Below the pieces are notes generated by a model. It was not told where the DNA came from. It saw only the letters and a program-made list of their open reading frames with translations, and did not search any database. The position numbers and the translations under genes are program-made. A DNA stretch of 64,000 nt from assembly GCA_944363635.1 (NCBI GenBank), contig CALVUP010000002.1:21974-85973 (forward strand), written 5' to 3'. Numbering within the stretch: the stretch's first letter is position 1; every line of letters begins with the position of its first letter. This document shows positions 18,730 to 28,655 of this stretch, in pieces. Origin of the DNA: an uncultured Bacilli bacterium (lineage in GTDB: Bacteria; Bacillota_I; Bacilli_A; RF39; UBA660).

Positions 18730-20085
18730 ATGAATGATACCATTGCAGCTATATCTACAGCTTTAGGTATTGGAGCTATATCTATTATAAGAACAAGTGG
18801 AAAAGAAGCAATTGAAATTGTAAATAAAATATTTAAAGGAAAAGATTTAACCAAAGTAGACAGTCACACAATTCATTATGGATTTATAATAGACAAAGAC
18901 GAAATTATTGATGAAGTCTTAGTATCAGTTATGAAAGCCCCTAAAACATTTACTGTAGAAGATGTCGTTGAAATTAACTGTCATGGAGGAATTGCAACGA
19001 CAAATAAAGTATTGGAATTATTACTTAGAAATGGCTGTCGTATGGCAGAACCAGGAGAATTTACGAAAAGAGCTTTTTTAAATGGAAGAATTAATTTAAT
19101 GGAAGCAGAATCTGTGATGGACTTAATTAACGGAAAAACGGATAAAGCGCGCAAATTGGCTATTAATGGCTTAAGAGGATTAACTTCGAATTTAATTAGT
19201 AATCTTAGAAAAGAAATATTGGAATTAATTGCTTCTATAGAGGTAAATATCGATTATCCAGAATATAAAGATATAGAAGAAAAAACATTAGAAGATGTAA
19301 AAACAAGTATGGATTCGATTCAAGAAAAGTTAACAAAAATTGTTAAAGATTCCGAAAATGGTAAATTAATCAAAGAAGGAATTAAAACTGTGATACTTGG
19401 AAAGCCAAATGTTGGAAAAAGTAGCATTCTAAATCGCTTATTAGATGAAGAAAAAGCAATTGTAACCGACATTGAAGGAACAACTCGAGATATCGTAGAG
19501 GGACAGATCAATATAAACGGCATCTTATTAGATATTATTGATACTGCTGGAATAAGAAAAACAAAAGATATCATTGAACAAAAAGGTGTAGAAAAAAGTT
19601 TAGAGCTTATTGATCAAGCAAATTTAATTATTATGGTATTAAATAATAATGAAAAATTAACTTTAGAAGATAAAGAATTATTAGAAAAGACAAAAAACAA
19701 AAAAAGAATTCTTGTTGTAAATAAACAAGATTTAGAAACAAAGATTGATCTTGATAAAGAATTAGAACAAGAAAGCATAAAGATTGATACCATTCATCAA
19801 GAAGGAATTCTTCCTTTAATAAATAAAATAAAAGAGCTGTTTAATATGGAAGAATTAGAAAATAGTGATTTAAATTACATTAGTAATGCTAGGCAAATTT
19901 CTCTATTAAAACAAGCATTAGAAATCATTCCTTCGATATACCAAGGGTTAAAAGATCATTTACCAATTGATATGATTGAAATTGATATAAAAGAAATATA
20001 TAACCTATTAGGAGAAGTAAATGGAGAAAGTTATTCCGATGAAATTATTGATCAATTATTTAGTCAATTCTGTCTAGGAAAATAG
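18730..20085 (+). CDS. mnmE: tRNA modification GTPase MnmE
   Basis: G domain GKPNVGKSS, C-terminal CxGK. Confidence 0.95.
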   Translation: MNDTIAAISTALGIGAISIIRTSGKEAIEIVNKIFKGKDLTKVDSHTIHYGFIIDKDEIIDEVLVSVMKAPKTFTVEDVVEINCHGGIATTNKVLELLLRNGCRMAEPGEFTKRAFLNGRINLMEAESVMDLINGKTDKARKLAINGLRGLTSNLISNLRKEILELIASIEVNIDYPEYKDIEEKTLEDVKTSMDSIQEKLTKIVKDSENGKLIKEGIKTVILGKPNVGKSSILNRLLDEEKAIVTDIEGTTRDIVEGQININGILLDIIDTAGIRKTKDIIEQKGVEKSLELIDQANLIIMVLNNNEKLTLEDKELLEKTKNKKRILVVNKQDLETKIDLDKELEQESIKIDTIHQEGILPLINKIKELFNMEELENSDLNYISNARQISLLKQALEIIPSIYQGLKDHLPIDMIEIDIKEIYNLLGEVNGESYSDEIIDQLFSQFCLGK

Positions 20086-20093
20086 AAAAAATT

Positions 20094-20107
20094 ATTTCCC
20101 GGGAAAT
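20094..20107. promoter_or_regulatory. NBS site ATTTCCCGGGAAAT (24-bp perfect palindrome 20088-20111)
   Basis: Perfect NBS consensus 9 bp after the mnmE stop and ~25 bp before mnmG. Confidence 0.6.
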
Positions 20108-20134
20108 AATTTAATAAAATGGAAGTGAAAATAT

Positions 20135-22000
20135 ATGGATACATATGAAATTATTGTTGTAGGTGGAGGACATGCAGGATGTGAAGCTTCTTTAGCAGCA
20201 GCTCGGAAAAATCACAAGACACTTTTAATTACTGGAAATATAAAAAATATAGCGGATATGCCATGTAATCCATCAATTGGAGGACCAGCTAAAGGAATCG
20301 TTGTAAGAGAAATTGATGCTTTAGGCGGAGAAATGGCCAAAAATACAGATAAAGGGGCCATTCAAATTAAAATGCTAAATACAAAGAAAGGTCCAGCTGT
20401 TCAAGCCTTAAGAGCCCAAGCAGATAAAATTACTTATCCACAAGAAATGTATAAGACATTAAAAAATCAAAACAATTTAACTATTTTAGAAGCTATGGTT
20501 GAAGATCTTTTGGTAGAAAATAATAAAATTAAAGGAGTTGTCTTAGAAGACGGCACAACAATTTTGGCCTCATCTGTCATATTAACAACGGGAACCTATT
20601 TAAAAGCTGATATTTTGGTAGGAGATCAAAGAAAAAGAAGTGGACCACATAATGAAAAACCTTCAAACTTTTTAAGTGATCGTCTAAAAGCGTTAGGATT
20701 TACAATCAAAAGATTAAAAACAGGTACACCTCCAAGACTTGATAAAAATACAATCGATTTTAGTAAAACAATATTAGAAGAGGGAGATAAAACGCCTTAT
20801 AGCTTTTCTTATGAAAATGAGGCTATCTACGATGTTGAAAAACAGGTTCCTTGTCATTTAATTTATACCAATCAAAAAACACATGAAATTATCAAAGAAC
20901 ATCTAAATGAATCAAGTATGTATGGAGGATATGTAGAAGGAGTTGGTCCTAGATATTGTCCTTCTATTGAAGATAAAATTGTACGATTTAGTGATAAAGA
21001 ACGACATCAACTTTTTTTAGAACCAGAAAGTAGATATTATGATGATATTTATTTACAAGGATTTTCTACAAGTATGCCCCATTATGTTCAAGAGCAAATG
21101 GTTCATAGCTTAGATGGTTTAGAACATGTAAAAATTTTAAAATATGCTTATGCGATTGAATATGATGCGATTGATTCAAAACAATTAAAACAAAGTTTAG
21201 AGACAAAATTAATAGAAGGTTTATATACTGCTGGACAAATTAATGGAACAAGTGGTTATGAAGAAGCAGCTTGTCAGGGATTAATAGCAGGAATTAACGC
21301 CTCTTTAAAATTAGAAGGTAAACAGCCGTTAATTTTAAAACGAAATGAAGCGTACATTGGTGTCTTAATTGATGATTTAGTAACGAAAGGAGTTATTGAT
21401 CCTTATCGTTTATTAACCTCACGCGCTGAATATCGCTTATTATTACGAAATGATAACGCAGATATTCGCTTGACAAAGTATGGATATGACATAGGATTAA
21501 TTTCTGAAGAAAGATATACAAAATTTAATAAAAAAATAAATCAAATAAAAAAATTAACTGAAGAATTACAAACCAATAAAATTACGCCTAAGATTGAAGT
21601 AAATCAATATCTAGAAAGTATTGATTCAACACCTCTAAAAGACGGCATTACTTTACATGACTTATTAAAAAGACCAGAGATTACTTTTGCACATATCAAA
21701 CATTTTTACCCAAATAATTATTCAAAAGAAGTCTACGAACAAGTCGAAATTAATATTAAATATGAAGGCTATATTGCAAAAGCAAATAAAGAGGCAGAAA
21801 AAATGTTGGCTTTAGAAAACATAAAAATACCAGAAGATATAAATTATGATGCTATAAAAAATTTAGCAAGCGAAGCTTTACAAAAATTAAAAGAAATACG
21901 TCCTACGACAATTTCACAAGCAAGTCGAATTAGTGGTGTAAATCCTGCCGATATATCGATATTAATTGTATATTTAAAAAAGGAAAAATATTATGAATAA
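20135..22000 (+). CDS. mnmG: tRNA uridine 5-carboxymethylaminomethyl modification enzyme MnmG
   Basis: FAD-binding GGGHAGCEA, 621 aa. Confidence 0.95.
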   Translation: MDTYEIIVVGGGHAGCEASLAAARKNHKTLLITGNIKNIADMPCNPSIGGPAKGIVVREIDALGGEMAKNTDKGAIQIKMLNTKKGPAVQALRAQADKITYPQEMYKTLKNQNNLTILEAMVEDLLVENNKIKGVVLEDGTTILASSVILTTGTYLKADILVGDQRKRSGPHNEKPSNFLSDRLKALGFTIKRLKTGTPPRLDKNTIDFSKTILEEGDKTPYSFSYENEAIYDVEKQVPCHLIYTNQKTHEIIKEHLNESSMYGGYVEGVGPRYCPSIEDKIVRFSDKERHQLFLEPESRYYDDIYLQGFSTSMPHYVQEQMVHSLDGLEHVKILKYAYAIEYDAIDSKQLKQSLETKLIEGLYTAGQINGTSGYEEAACQGLIAGINASLKLEGKQPLILKRNEAYIGVLIDDLVTKGVIDPYRLLTSRAEYRLLLRNDNADIRLTKYGYDIGLISEERYTKFNKKINQIKKLTEELQTNKITPKIEVNQYLESIDSTPLKDGITLHDLLKRPEITFAHIKHFYPNNYSKEVYEQVEINIKYEGYIAKANKEAEKMLALENIKIPEDINYDAIKNLASEALQKLKEIRPTTISQASRISGVNPADISILIVYLKKEKYYE

Positions 22001-22622
22001 AGAACAGTTTATAAAAGAAGTTGAGAAGTTAGGAATTTTTTTAACAGAAGAACAATTGGATCAATTGGATCGTTTTTATCATTTATTAATCGAATGGAAT
22101 AAAAAAATAAATTTGACAAGAATCATAGAAGAAAATGAAGTTTATGCCAAACATTTTTATGATAGTCTAACTTTAATAAAAGCTGTGGATTTACGCAAAA
22201 ATGTAACACTTTTAGATGTCGGTAGCGGCGCAGGATTTCCAGGAATTGTACTTAAAATTGTTTTCCCAAATTTAAAAATTACACTTGTAGATTCTTTATT
22301 AAAACGAATTAAATATTTAAATATAGTCATAGAAACATTGCAGTTAAAAAATATAGAAGCCATTCATACTCGAATTGAAGATTATGCGAAAAAAAAGATT
22401 CAATTTGATATTGTTACCTCTCGTGCTGTAGCAAATATGACCAAGTTATATAATTATTGTATACCAGTGGTAAAAAACGGTGGTTATTTTATAGCGATGA
22501 AAGCCAATGCTGAAGATGAACTTTCTGAATTTTTAAAAAAATATGATGTAAATATTAAAGAGATTAAGTTTATGTTACCATATGAAAATGCACATAGAGA
22601 CTTAGTCGTTATTAAAAAATAA
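21993..22622 (+). CDS. rsmG: 16S rRNA (guanine527-N7)-methyltransferase
   Basis: GidB family, SAM motif DVGSGAGFPG. Confidence 0.9.
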   Translation: MNKEQFIKEVEKLGIFLTEEQLDQLDRFYHLLIEWNKKINLTRIIEENEVYAKHFYDSLTLIKAVDLRKNVTLLDVGSGAGFPGIVLKIVFPNLKITLVDSLLKRIKYLNIVIETLQLKNIEAIHTRIEDYAKKKIQFDIVTSRAVANMTKLYNYCIPVVKNGGYFIAMKANAEDELSEFLKKYDVNIKEIKFMLPYENAHRDLVVIKK

Positions 22623-22668
22623 AATAAACAGATAGAAGCAATTCTATTTGTTTTTTTATTAAAAAAGA

Positions 22669-22697
22669 TTGTAATAAAAAGTAAAATCATGTATAAT
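22669..22697 (+). promoter_or_regulatory. promoter of the noc-like gene (TTGTAA-17 nt-TATAAT)
   Basis: Near-consensus sigma-A elements about 40 nt upstream of the start. Confidence 0.5.
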
Positions 22698-22732
22698 GCT
22701 AATATAGGGTTTTTATAGAATAGAAGGGGAAG

Positions 22733-24055
22733 ATGTTTATGGATAACAGTAATGAAAAAAACGAAGTAGTTTATTTATATTTAGATGATATCATTCCAAA
22801 TCGATTTCAACCAAGAGAAAGATTTGATGAGGGGGCATTAAGGGAATTAGCAGCTTCGATCAAAGAACACGGAGTTATTCAACCAATTATTGTTCGAAAA
22901 ATCGGAGACAAATATGAGATCATTGCTGGAGAAAGAAGATATAAAGCTTCCGCTTTAGCAGGACTTACAAAAATCCCTGCAATTATTCGAAATTTAGATG
23001 ATAAAGAATCAAGTAAAGTAGCCCTTTTGGAAAATTTACAAAGAAAAAATTTAAGTCCAATAGAGGAAGCACGAACTTATCAAAAAATCTTAGATTTGGA
23101 TCAAATGACACAGTTTGAATTAGCAAAAACCATGGGAAAATCACAACCCGTTGTAGCAAATAAATTAAGATTGCTTACTCTTCCTGATGAGGTACAAGAA
23201 GCGTTATTAAAAGAGCAAATTTCAGAAAGACATGCCCGTAGTTTATTAGCGCTAAATAACGCAGAAGATCAAATAGAGATGCTACATAAAATAATTAATA
23301 ATCGGATGACAGTTCGTGAAACGGATGAAGAAATAAGAAAAATGACAAATACTGCAAATTTTGGATTACCAGGATTAGAAAGTACACATGTTGAGAAAAC
23401 AGAACCTAAAAATCAAATGGAGCAACCAATGCCAAAACCTACACAAATCAATGTTCAACCACAAAAAAGTACTGTAATGCCACAAATGCCAAACTATGAA
23501 GTCAATCAAAATATTGCTACTATTCCAGATGTGAACACATTAAGAGAACAGGCTGTGGATATAAACGATTTAAACAAAATGCCTACGAATGTTGCTCCAA
23601 CAGCTGTATCTCAAAATGAAGGAAAACAAGAAGAAGCAATTCAACCTGTATTACCTGAAATATCTGAAAGTGATCAGGATAAACCATTTATTGATTTAGA
23701 AGAACTGTTAAAAACACCAGAGACTGTACCTATTGAAGAACAACCACCAAAGCAAGATCCACCAAAAGAAGAAACCGAAGAGTTATTAGAAAAAATTGAA
23801 ACATCTGAATCTCAAGCATTAGAAGAAACCTTAGATGTTGAAAAATTAGATGACACACCAAAGCCAAAAGCTTCAGAGGAAAAGCCATTACCTTCTGTTA
23901 TAGATACAAAATCAATAAATGTATTTGATTTACGATTAGCAATTTCAACGATTCGAGATACAATTAAACAATTAGAAGATAAAGGAATAAATATAGATAC
24001 TGAGGAAATTGATTTTGAAGACCATTATCAAATAGTAGTCAAAATTCAAAAATAA
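22733..24055 (+). CDS. noc: Noc-like ParB paralogue with a long acidic/Pro-rich internal insertion
   Basis: ParB N-domain GERRYKA. The HTH region GKSQPVVANKLRLLTLP aligns with B. subtilis Noc (GKGQSTIANKLRLLKLP), not with Spo0J. C-terminal dimerisation segment is also Noc-like. A ~190-aa low-complexity insertion lies between them. Start at 22733 or 22739. Confidence 0.7.
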   Translation: MFMDNSNEKNEVVYLYLDDIIPNRFQPRERFDEGALRELAASIKEHGVIQPIIVRKIGDKYEIIAGERRYKASALAGLTKIPAIIRNLDDKESSKVALLENLQRKNLSPIEEARTYQKILDLDQMTQFELAKTMGKSQPVVANKLRLLTLPDEVQEALLKEQISERHARSLLALNNAEDQIEMLHKIINNRMTVRETDEEIRKMTNTANFGLPGLESTHVEKTEPKNQMEQPMPKPTQINVQPQKSTVMPQMPNYEVNQNIATIPDVNTLREQAVDINDLNKMPTNVAPTAVSQNEGKQEEAIQPVLPEISESDQDKPFIDLEELLKTPETVPIEEQPPKQDPPKEETEELLEKIETSESQALEETLDVEKLDDTPKPKASEEKPLPSVIDTKSINVFDLRLAISTIRDTIKQLEDKGINIDTEEIDFEDHYQIVVKIQK

Positions 24056-24061
24056 GAAACA

Positions 24062-24087
24062 AGTAGATACCCCTTCTACTTTTTTTT
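24062..24087 (+). terminator. rho-independent terminator after noc-like gene
   Basis: AGTAGA/TCTACT stem followed by a T7 run. Confidence 0.55.
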
Positions 24088-24164
24088 GACAAATTTAATA
24101 GAAAACATTTAAAAACCAAATATTTTTTGGTAAAATATCTTTAGACAAAAGAAAAGGTGATAGT

Positions 24165-24953
24165 ATGAGTAAAGTTATTTCGTTAGTAAATCAAAAAGGA
24201 GGAGTCGGTAAAACGACGACAAGCATAAACTTATCATCTTCTTTAGCAGTATTAGGAAAAAGAGTATTATTAATCGATTTAGATCCTCAAGGAAATACAA
24301 CCACAGGTATAGGAATTAATAAAGGAGAAATAGACAAAAGTATTTATGATGTGTTAACTGGGAATTGTACAATACAAGAAGCAATGGTAAAAACAAAATA
24401 TCAAAATTTATTTGTATTACCATCATCTATTAATTTAGCGGGAATTGATATGGAATTAATGGAAAAAAGTAGAAATGATGTTACTTATGATAAAAGAAGA
24501 CAATTAAAAAAGCATTTAGATACTGTCTCAGATTATTTTGATTTTGTAATTATTGATTGTCCACCTTCTTTAGGATTAATCACGACCAACGCTTTAACAG
24601 CTTCTAACTCAGTAATGATACCCGTTCAATGTGAATTTTACGCTTTAGAGGGAATTACGCAATTGTTAAATACAATTATATTGGCCCAAAAAAACTTAAA
24701 TCCAAATCTTGAAATTGAAGGAGTTCTATTAACTATGTTGGATTCAAGAACCAATTTGGGATTAGAAATTGTTGAAGAAATACGAAAATATTTTAAAGAA
24801 AAAGTATATGATACAATCATTCCTAGATTAATTCGTTTATCTGAAGCACCATCTCATGGAAAACCTATCATTGCTTACGATCCTAAAAGTAGAGGTGCAG
24901 AGGCTTATCTAAATTTAGCAAAGGAAGTGATTTCTAAGAATGGAAACGTCTAA
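24165..24953 (+). CDS. soj: chromosome partitioning ATPase ParA/Soj
   Basis: Deviant Walker A KGGVGKTTT, 262 aa. Confidence 0.9.
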   Translation: MSKVISLVNQKGGVGKTTTSINLSSSLAVLGKRVLLIDLDPQGNTTTGIGINKGEIDKSIYDVLTGNCTIQEAMVKTKYQNLFVLPSSINLAGIDMELMEKSRNDVTYDKRRQLKKHLDTVSDYFDFVIIDCPPSLGLITTNALTASNSVMIPVQCEFYALEGITQLLNTIILAQKNLNPNLEIEGVLLTMLDSRTNLGLEIVEEIRKYFKEKVYDTIIPRLIRLSEAPSHGKPIIAYDPKSRGAEAYLNLAKEVISKNGNV

Positions 24954-25818
24954 AAGAAGAGCTTTAGGTAGAGGATTGGAAGAATTATTTAGTAATGAAC
25001 CTATTGCTTATAATAAAGTAGAAAGTAAAATATTAGAAGAAACACCAAAAGAAAACATAGTAGAATTAAATTTGGATGAATTAAGGGCAAATCCTTATCA
25101 ACCAAGAAAAGTCTTTGATGAAGAAGCACTAAAAGAGTTAGCAGCTTCTATTAAAGAACATGGTGTTTTTCAACCAATCATTGCAAAAAAAAGTATAAAA
25201 GGTTATGAAATTATTGCTGGAGAAAGAAGAGTAAAAGCTTCAAAACTAGCAGGATTAAAAACAATTCCAGCCATTGTTCGAGATTTTACAGACAATGAAA
25301 TGATGGAAATTGCCCTTCTAGAGAACTTACAAAGGGAAAATTTAACTGCTATAGAAGAAGCTGAAGCATATAAAAATTTGTTAGATACATTAGATATAAC
25401 CCAAGAAAAGTTAGCAGAACGAATTGGCAAAAGTCGTAGTTATATTACCAATATGCTTGGGTTATTAAACTTACCAGATAATGTTAAAAAACTACTTGAA
25501 GAAAAAAAGATTACGATGAGTCATGCTCGAGTTTTAAGTAAAATTGAGGATGAACAAAAAATTACGGAGCTTGCTAATAAGATTATAGCAGAAAATTTAA
25601 ATGTTCGTGATATAGAAGAAATTTCCAAAGATCATCATATCAAAAAGACAAAAGAAAATAAAAAGCATAGTGAAACAAATGAATATACTTATATTGAAAA
25701 TGAATTGTGTGAAAAATTTGGTACAAAAGTAAAAGTAAAAACAAACAAATTAGAAATTTCCTTTTCCAACATTAATGATTTAAATAGAATATTAGAAATC
25801 ATGAAGATTCATTTATAG
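24940..25818 (+). CDS. spo0J: chromosome partitioning protein ParB/Spo0J
   Basis: GERR box, HTH GKSRSYITNMLGLLNLP with ParB-type R/T specificity residues. Confidence 0.9.
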   Translation: METSKRRALGRGLEELFSNEPIAYNKVESKILEETPKENIVELNLDELRANPYQPRKVFDEEALKELAASIKEHGVFQPIIAKKSIKGYEIIAGERRVKASKLAGLKTIPAIVRDFTDNEMMEIALLENLQRENLTAIEEAEAYKNLLDTLDITQEKLAERIGKSRSYITNMLGLLNLPDNVKKLLEEKKITMSHARVLSKIEDEQKITELANKIIAENLNVRDIEEISKDHHIKKTKENKKHSETNEYTYIENELCEKFGTKVKVKTNKLEISFSNINDLNRILEIMKIHL

Positions 25819-25826
25819 GTGATAAG

Positions 25827-26012
25827 ATGGAAAATAAAGAATATAAGTTAGGTTCTAAGGTTATAATGAAAAAACCACATCCTTGTGGTACCAATGAATG
25901 GGAAATTACAAGATTAGGTGCAGATATCAAAATTAAATGTCTTGCATGTAATAGAACGGTTATGTTGCCTAGAATAGAATTTAACCGTAAGTTAAAAAAA
26001 GTATTAGACTAG
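25827..26012 (+). CDS. small zinc-ribbon protein, DUF951 family
   Basis: 61 aa, HPCGTNEWEITRLGADIKIKCLACNR pattern. Confidence 0.5.
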   Translation: MENKEYKLGSKVIMKKPHPCGTNEWEITRLGADIKIKCLACNRTVMLPRIEFNRKLKKVLD

Positions 26013-26022
26013 GAAGTGTTTT

Positions 26023-27627
26023 ATGAATAGAAAAAAGAAATTAAAATTAAAAAAATTCAAACTGCATCCAGCGACAACGATCATTTTATTAATTCTTTTT
26101 ACATTTGTCTTAAGTGGCATTTTATCTTTGTTTGAAGCACAAGTTACTTATAGTCAAATCAATGAAAATACAGGAACTTTGGAAAGAATTTTAATATCTG
26201 TTGAAAACTTGTTTAATTATGATGGATTCAAATATTTTATAAGTAATGCAACTAGAAACTTTGCTAGTTTTACTTCATTGAGTATGTTATTAGTATCTTT
26301 ATTAGGTGTAGGAATTGCAGAAGCATCTGGACTTTTAGATACAGTTATTCGTAAAAAATTAGTAAAATTGGATGGCTGGGTTTTAACTTTTTTAGTTGTA
26401 TTTTTAGGAACCATTTCAAGTCTAATTAATGATGTAGGATATGCAATTATTATTCCTTTAGGAGCATTAATCTTTCTTTATAAAGGTAGAAGTCCTATTT
26501 TAGGTATTATTGCTGCATTTTGTGGTGTGGCTTTTGGGAATGGAGCAAGTATATTTGTAGGATCGTTAGATATTTCTTTGATTCCTCATACACAACTTGC
26601 TGCTCGTTTGATTGATAGTGGTTATCACGTAGCCCTTTCTTCAAATTTAATTATTATGATTTTTAGTTCTATTATTATGTCTATTATTGGAACCATTATT
26701 ATCGAAAAAATTATTGTTCATAAAGTTGGAACTTATAAAATTACAGCAGAATTAAGAAAAACGCAAGAGATAAAAATCATCTCTAAAGAGTTAGCAGAGG
26801 ATTATGAGCAATCAAAAATTAGTAAAGAAAAGCGAGAAGATCGTGGATTGAGATTTGCCCTTATTACCTCTATTGTTGTCATTTTATTGTTCATTTATAT
26901 GTTAATTCCTAATTTGCCAGGTTCTGGTTTATTGCTAGATATGAACGCAAATACTTATGTTGATCAATTATTTGGAGAAAATTCTTATTTTCAAGATGGA
27001 TTCACTTTTATGGTTGCCTTATTATTCTTGCTTGCTGGACTTGCTTACGGTATTGGTGCAAAGACCATCAAGAGTGACAACGATGTAATGCGTGGTTATA
27101 AAAAATATATGAATGATATTGGAGAAATTATTGTTTTGATTTTTTTAGCTTCTCAGTTAATTGCCTTATTCAATATGACAAACATTGGTGTTGTAATTAC
27201 GGGATGGGGAGCCAACTTAATATCAGAGCTTAATTTTTCAGGAATCCCATTGATTTTATTAGTTATGATTGTTGTAGCTATTAGTAACTTATTTCAAACT
27301 TCGCCAGAGGCAAAATGGATTATTATTTCTCCAGTGGCGGTACCTTTATTAATGCAAAGCAATATCTCTCCAGAATTTGCTCAATTTATATTTAGAGCTG
27401 CTGATTCGATGACAAAGGGAATGACGATCTTTTTACCATCCTTTATCATTTTTATAGGATATTTAAATATGTATAATCCAAATAAAAAAGAACCTATTGG
27501 AATATTTAAAGCCATTCGTTATGTAACCCCCTATTTTGCTATTATTTCTGTAGCATGGATTTTATTAATCCTATTCTGGTATTTAACAAATCTACCGATC
27601 GGACCAGGGGTATTTCCAATCCTTTAG
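26023..27627 (+). CDS. AbgT-family transporter
   Basis: Multi-TM, 534 aa. C-terminus FRAADSM...NLPIGPGVFPIL matches AbgT FRIADSS...GLPIGPGIYPRL. Confidence 0.6.
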   Translation: MNRKKKLKLKKFKLHPATTIILLILFTFVLSGILSLFEAQVTYSQINENTGTLERILISVENLFNYDGFKYFISNATRNFASFTSLSMLLVSLLGVGIAEASGLLDTVIRKKLVKLDGWVLTFLVVFLGTISSLINDVGYAIIIPLGALIFLYKGRSPILGIIAAFCGVAFGNGASIFVGSLDISLIPHTQLAARLIDSGYHVALSSNLIIMIFSSIIMSIIGTIIIEKIIVHKVGTYKITAELRKTQEIKIISKELAEDYEQSKISKEKREDRGLRFALITSIVVILLFIYMLIPNLPGSGLLLDMNANTYVDQLFGENSYFQDGFTFMVALLFLLAGLAYGIGAKTIKSDNDVMRGYKKYMNDIGEIIVLIFLASQLIALFNMTNIGVVITGWGANLISELNFSGIPLILLVMIVVAISNLFQTSPEAKWIIISPVAVPLLMQSNISPEFAQFIFRAADSMTKGMTIFLPSFIIFIGYLNMYNPNKKEPIGIFKAIRYVTPYFAIISVAWILLILFWYLTNLPIGPGVFPIL

Positions 27628-27670
27628 AATACCATCTAAAGGATTTTTAATTGTAAAATGAGGAGGTATT

Positions 27671-28621
27671 ATGATAAAAGCATATAGTGTAGTAAAAGAT
27701 TTGAATGAAGAAGCGATTCAAGTTATCAAGCAAAACAATATTGATTTAACATGCAATTCAACAGGTATAATTCCAACGACTGAAGAGATTATTTTGCTTT
27801 TAAAAGAGTATGATATTCTCATCATTGGTATAAGAACATTGATAAAAAAAGAAATTCTGAATACTCTTTTTTCTAAAAAAATAATTGCCACTTTATCTGT
27901 GGGAGTAGATCATATTGATAAAGAAGTCCTAGAACATCCGCTTGTAGAAGTGATGCATATAAAAACGGCCAATGCTTTATCAGTTGCGGAACATATTTTC
28001 TCTTTTATTCTATCTTTAAATAAAAGAATTTATGAATTAAACACATTGGTATTAAAGAAAAAAGGAAGAAGAAAAAATCTTTTTGAAAACCCTGATGATA
28101 TTTCTGAAAAAACATTAGGGTTGATTGGTGCTGGAAATATTACTCAAGAAGTCATAAAGATAGCTCAAGTTTTTCACATGCCCATGCTTTGTTATACAAA
28201 ACATCCTGAAAAACATACGGATTTGTTAAAGTATGGTATTCGCTTTATAACACTAGAAGAACTATTAAAAACAAGTGATATTATTACAGTAAATCTTCCT
28301 TTAACAAAAGAAACAAACCGCTTGATAGCCAAAGATCAAATAAAACTGATGAAAAAGAATGCTACTTTTATTAATACTTCCCGCCGTGATATTGTCGATA
28401 CCAAGGCATTAATTGATTATGCGGAGGAAAATAAAACTTTTTATGTTGGATTAGATATCGATTTAGATAGATATGAAAAACTATTTTCTAAATATAGACC
28501 CAATGTTCTTGTTACTCCACATACAGCGGGTGTAACTAAACAGGCCAACAAGCGTATGTACATAGAAATTGCTGAAAAAATTGTGGATTTTCTCCATAAA
28601 AATGAAGAAACCATGTTATAA
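27671..28621 (+). CDS. D-isomer-specific 2-hydroxyacid dehydrogenase family protein
   Basis: NAD-binding GLIGAGNITQEV, catalytic HTAG region. Confidence 0.6.
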   Translation: MIKAYSVVKDLNEEAIQVIKQNNIDLTCNSTGIIPTTEEIILLLKEYDILIIGIRTLIKKEILNTLFSKKIIATLSVGVDHIDKEVLEHPLVEVMHIKTANALSVAEHIFSFILSLNKRIYELNTLVLKKKGRRKNLFENPDDISEKTLGLIGAGNITQEVIKIAQVFHMPMLCYTKHPEKHTDLLKYGIRFITLEELLKTSDIITVNLPLTKETNRLIAKDQIKLMKKNATFINTSRRDIVDTKALIDYAEENKTFYVGLDIDLDRYEKLFSKYRPNVLVTPHTAGVTKQANKRMYIEIAEKIVDFLHKNEETML

Positions 28622-28655
28622 TAACCTAAGAAATTAAAAAGAAAGAAGGAATCGT

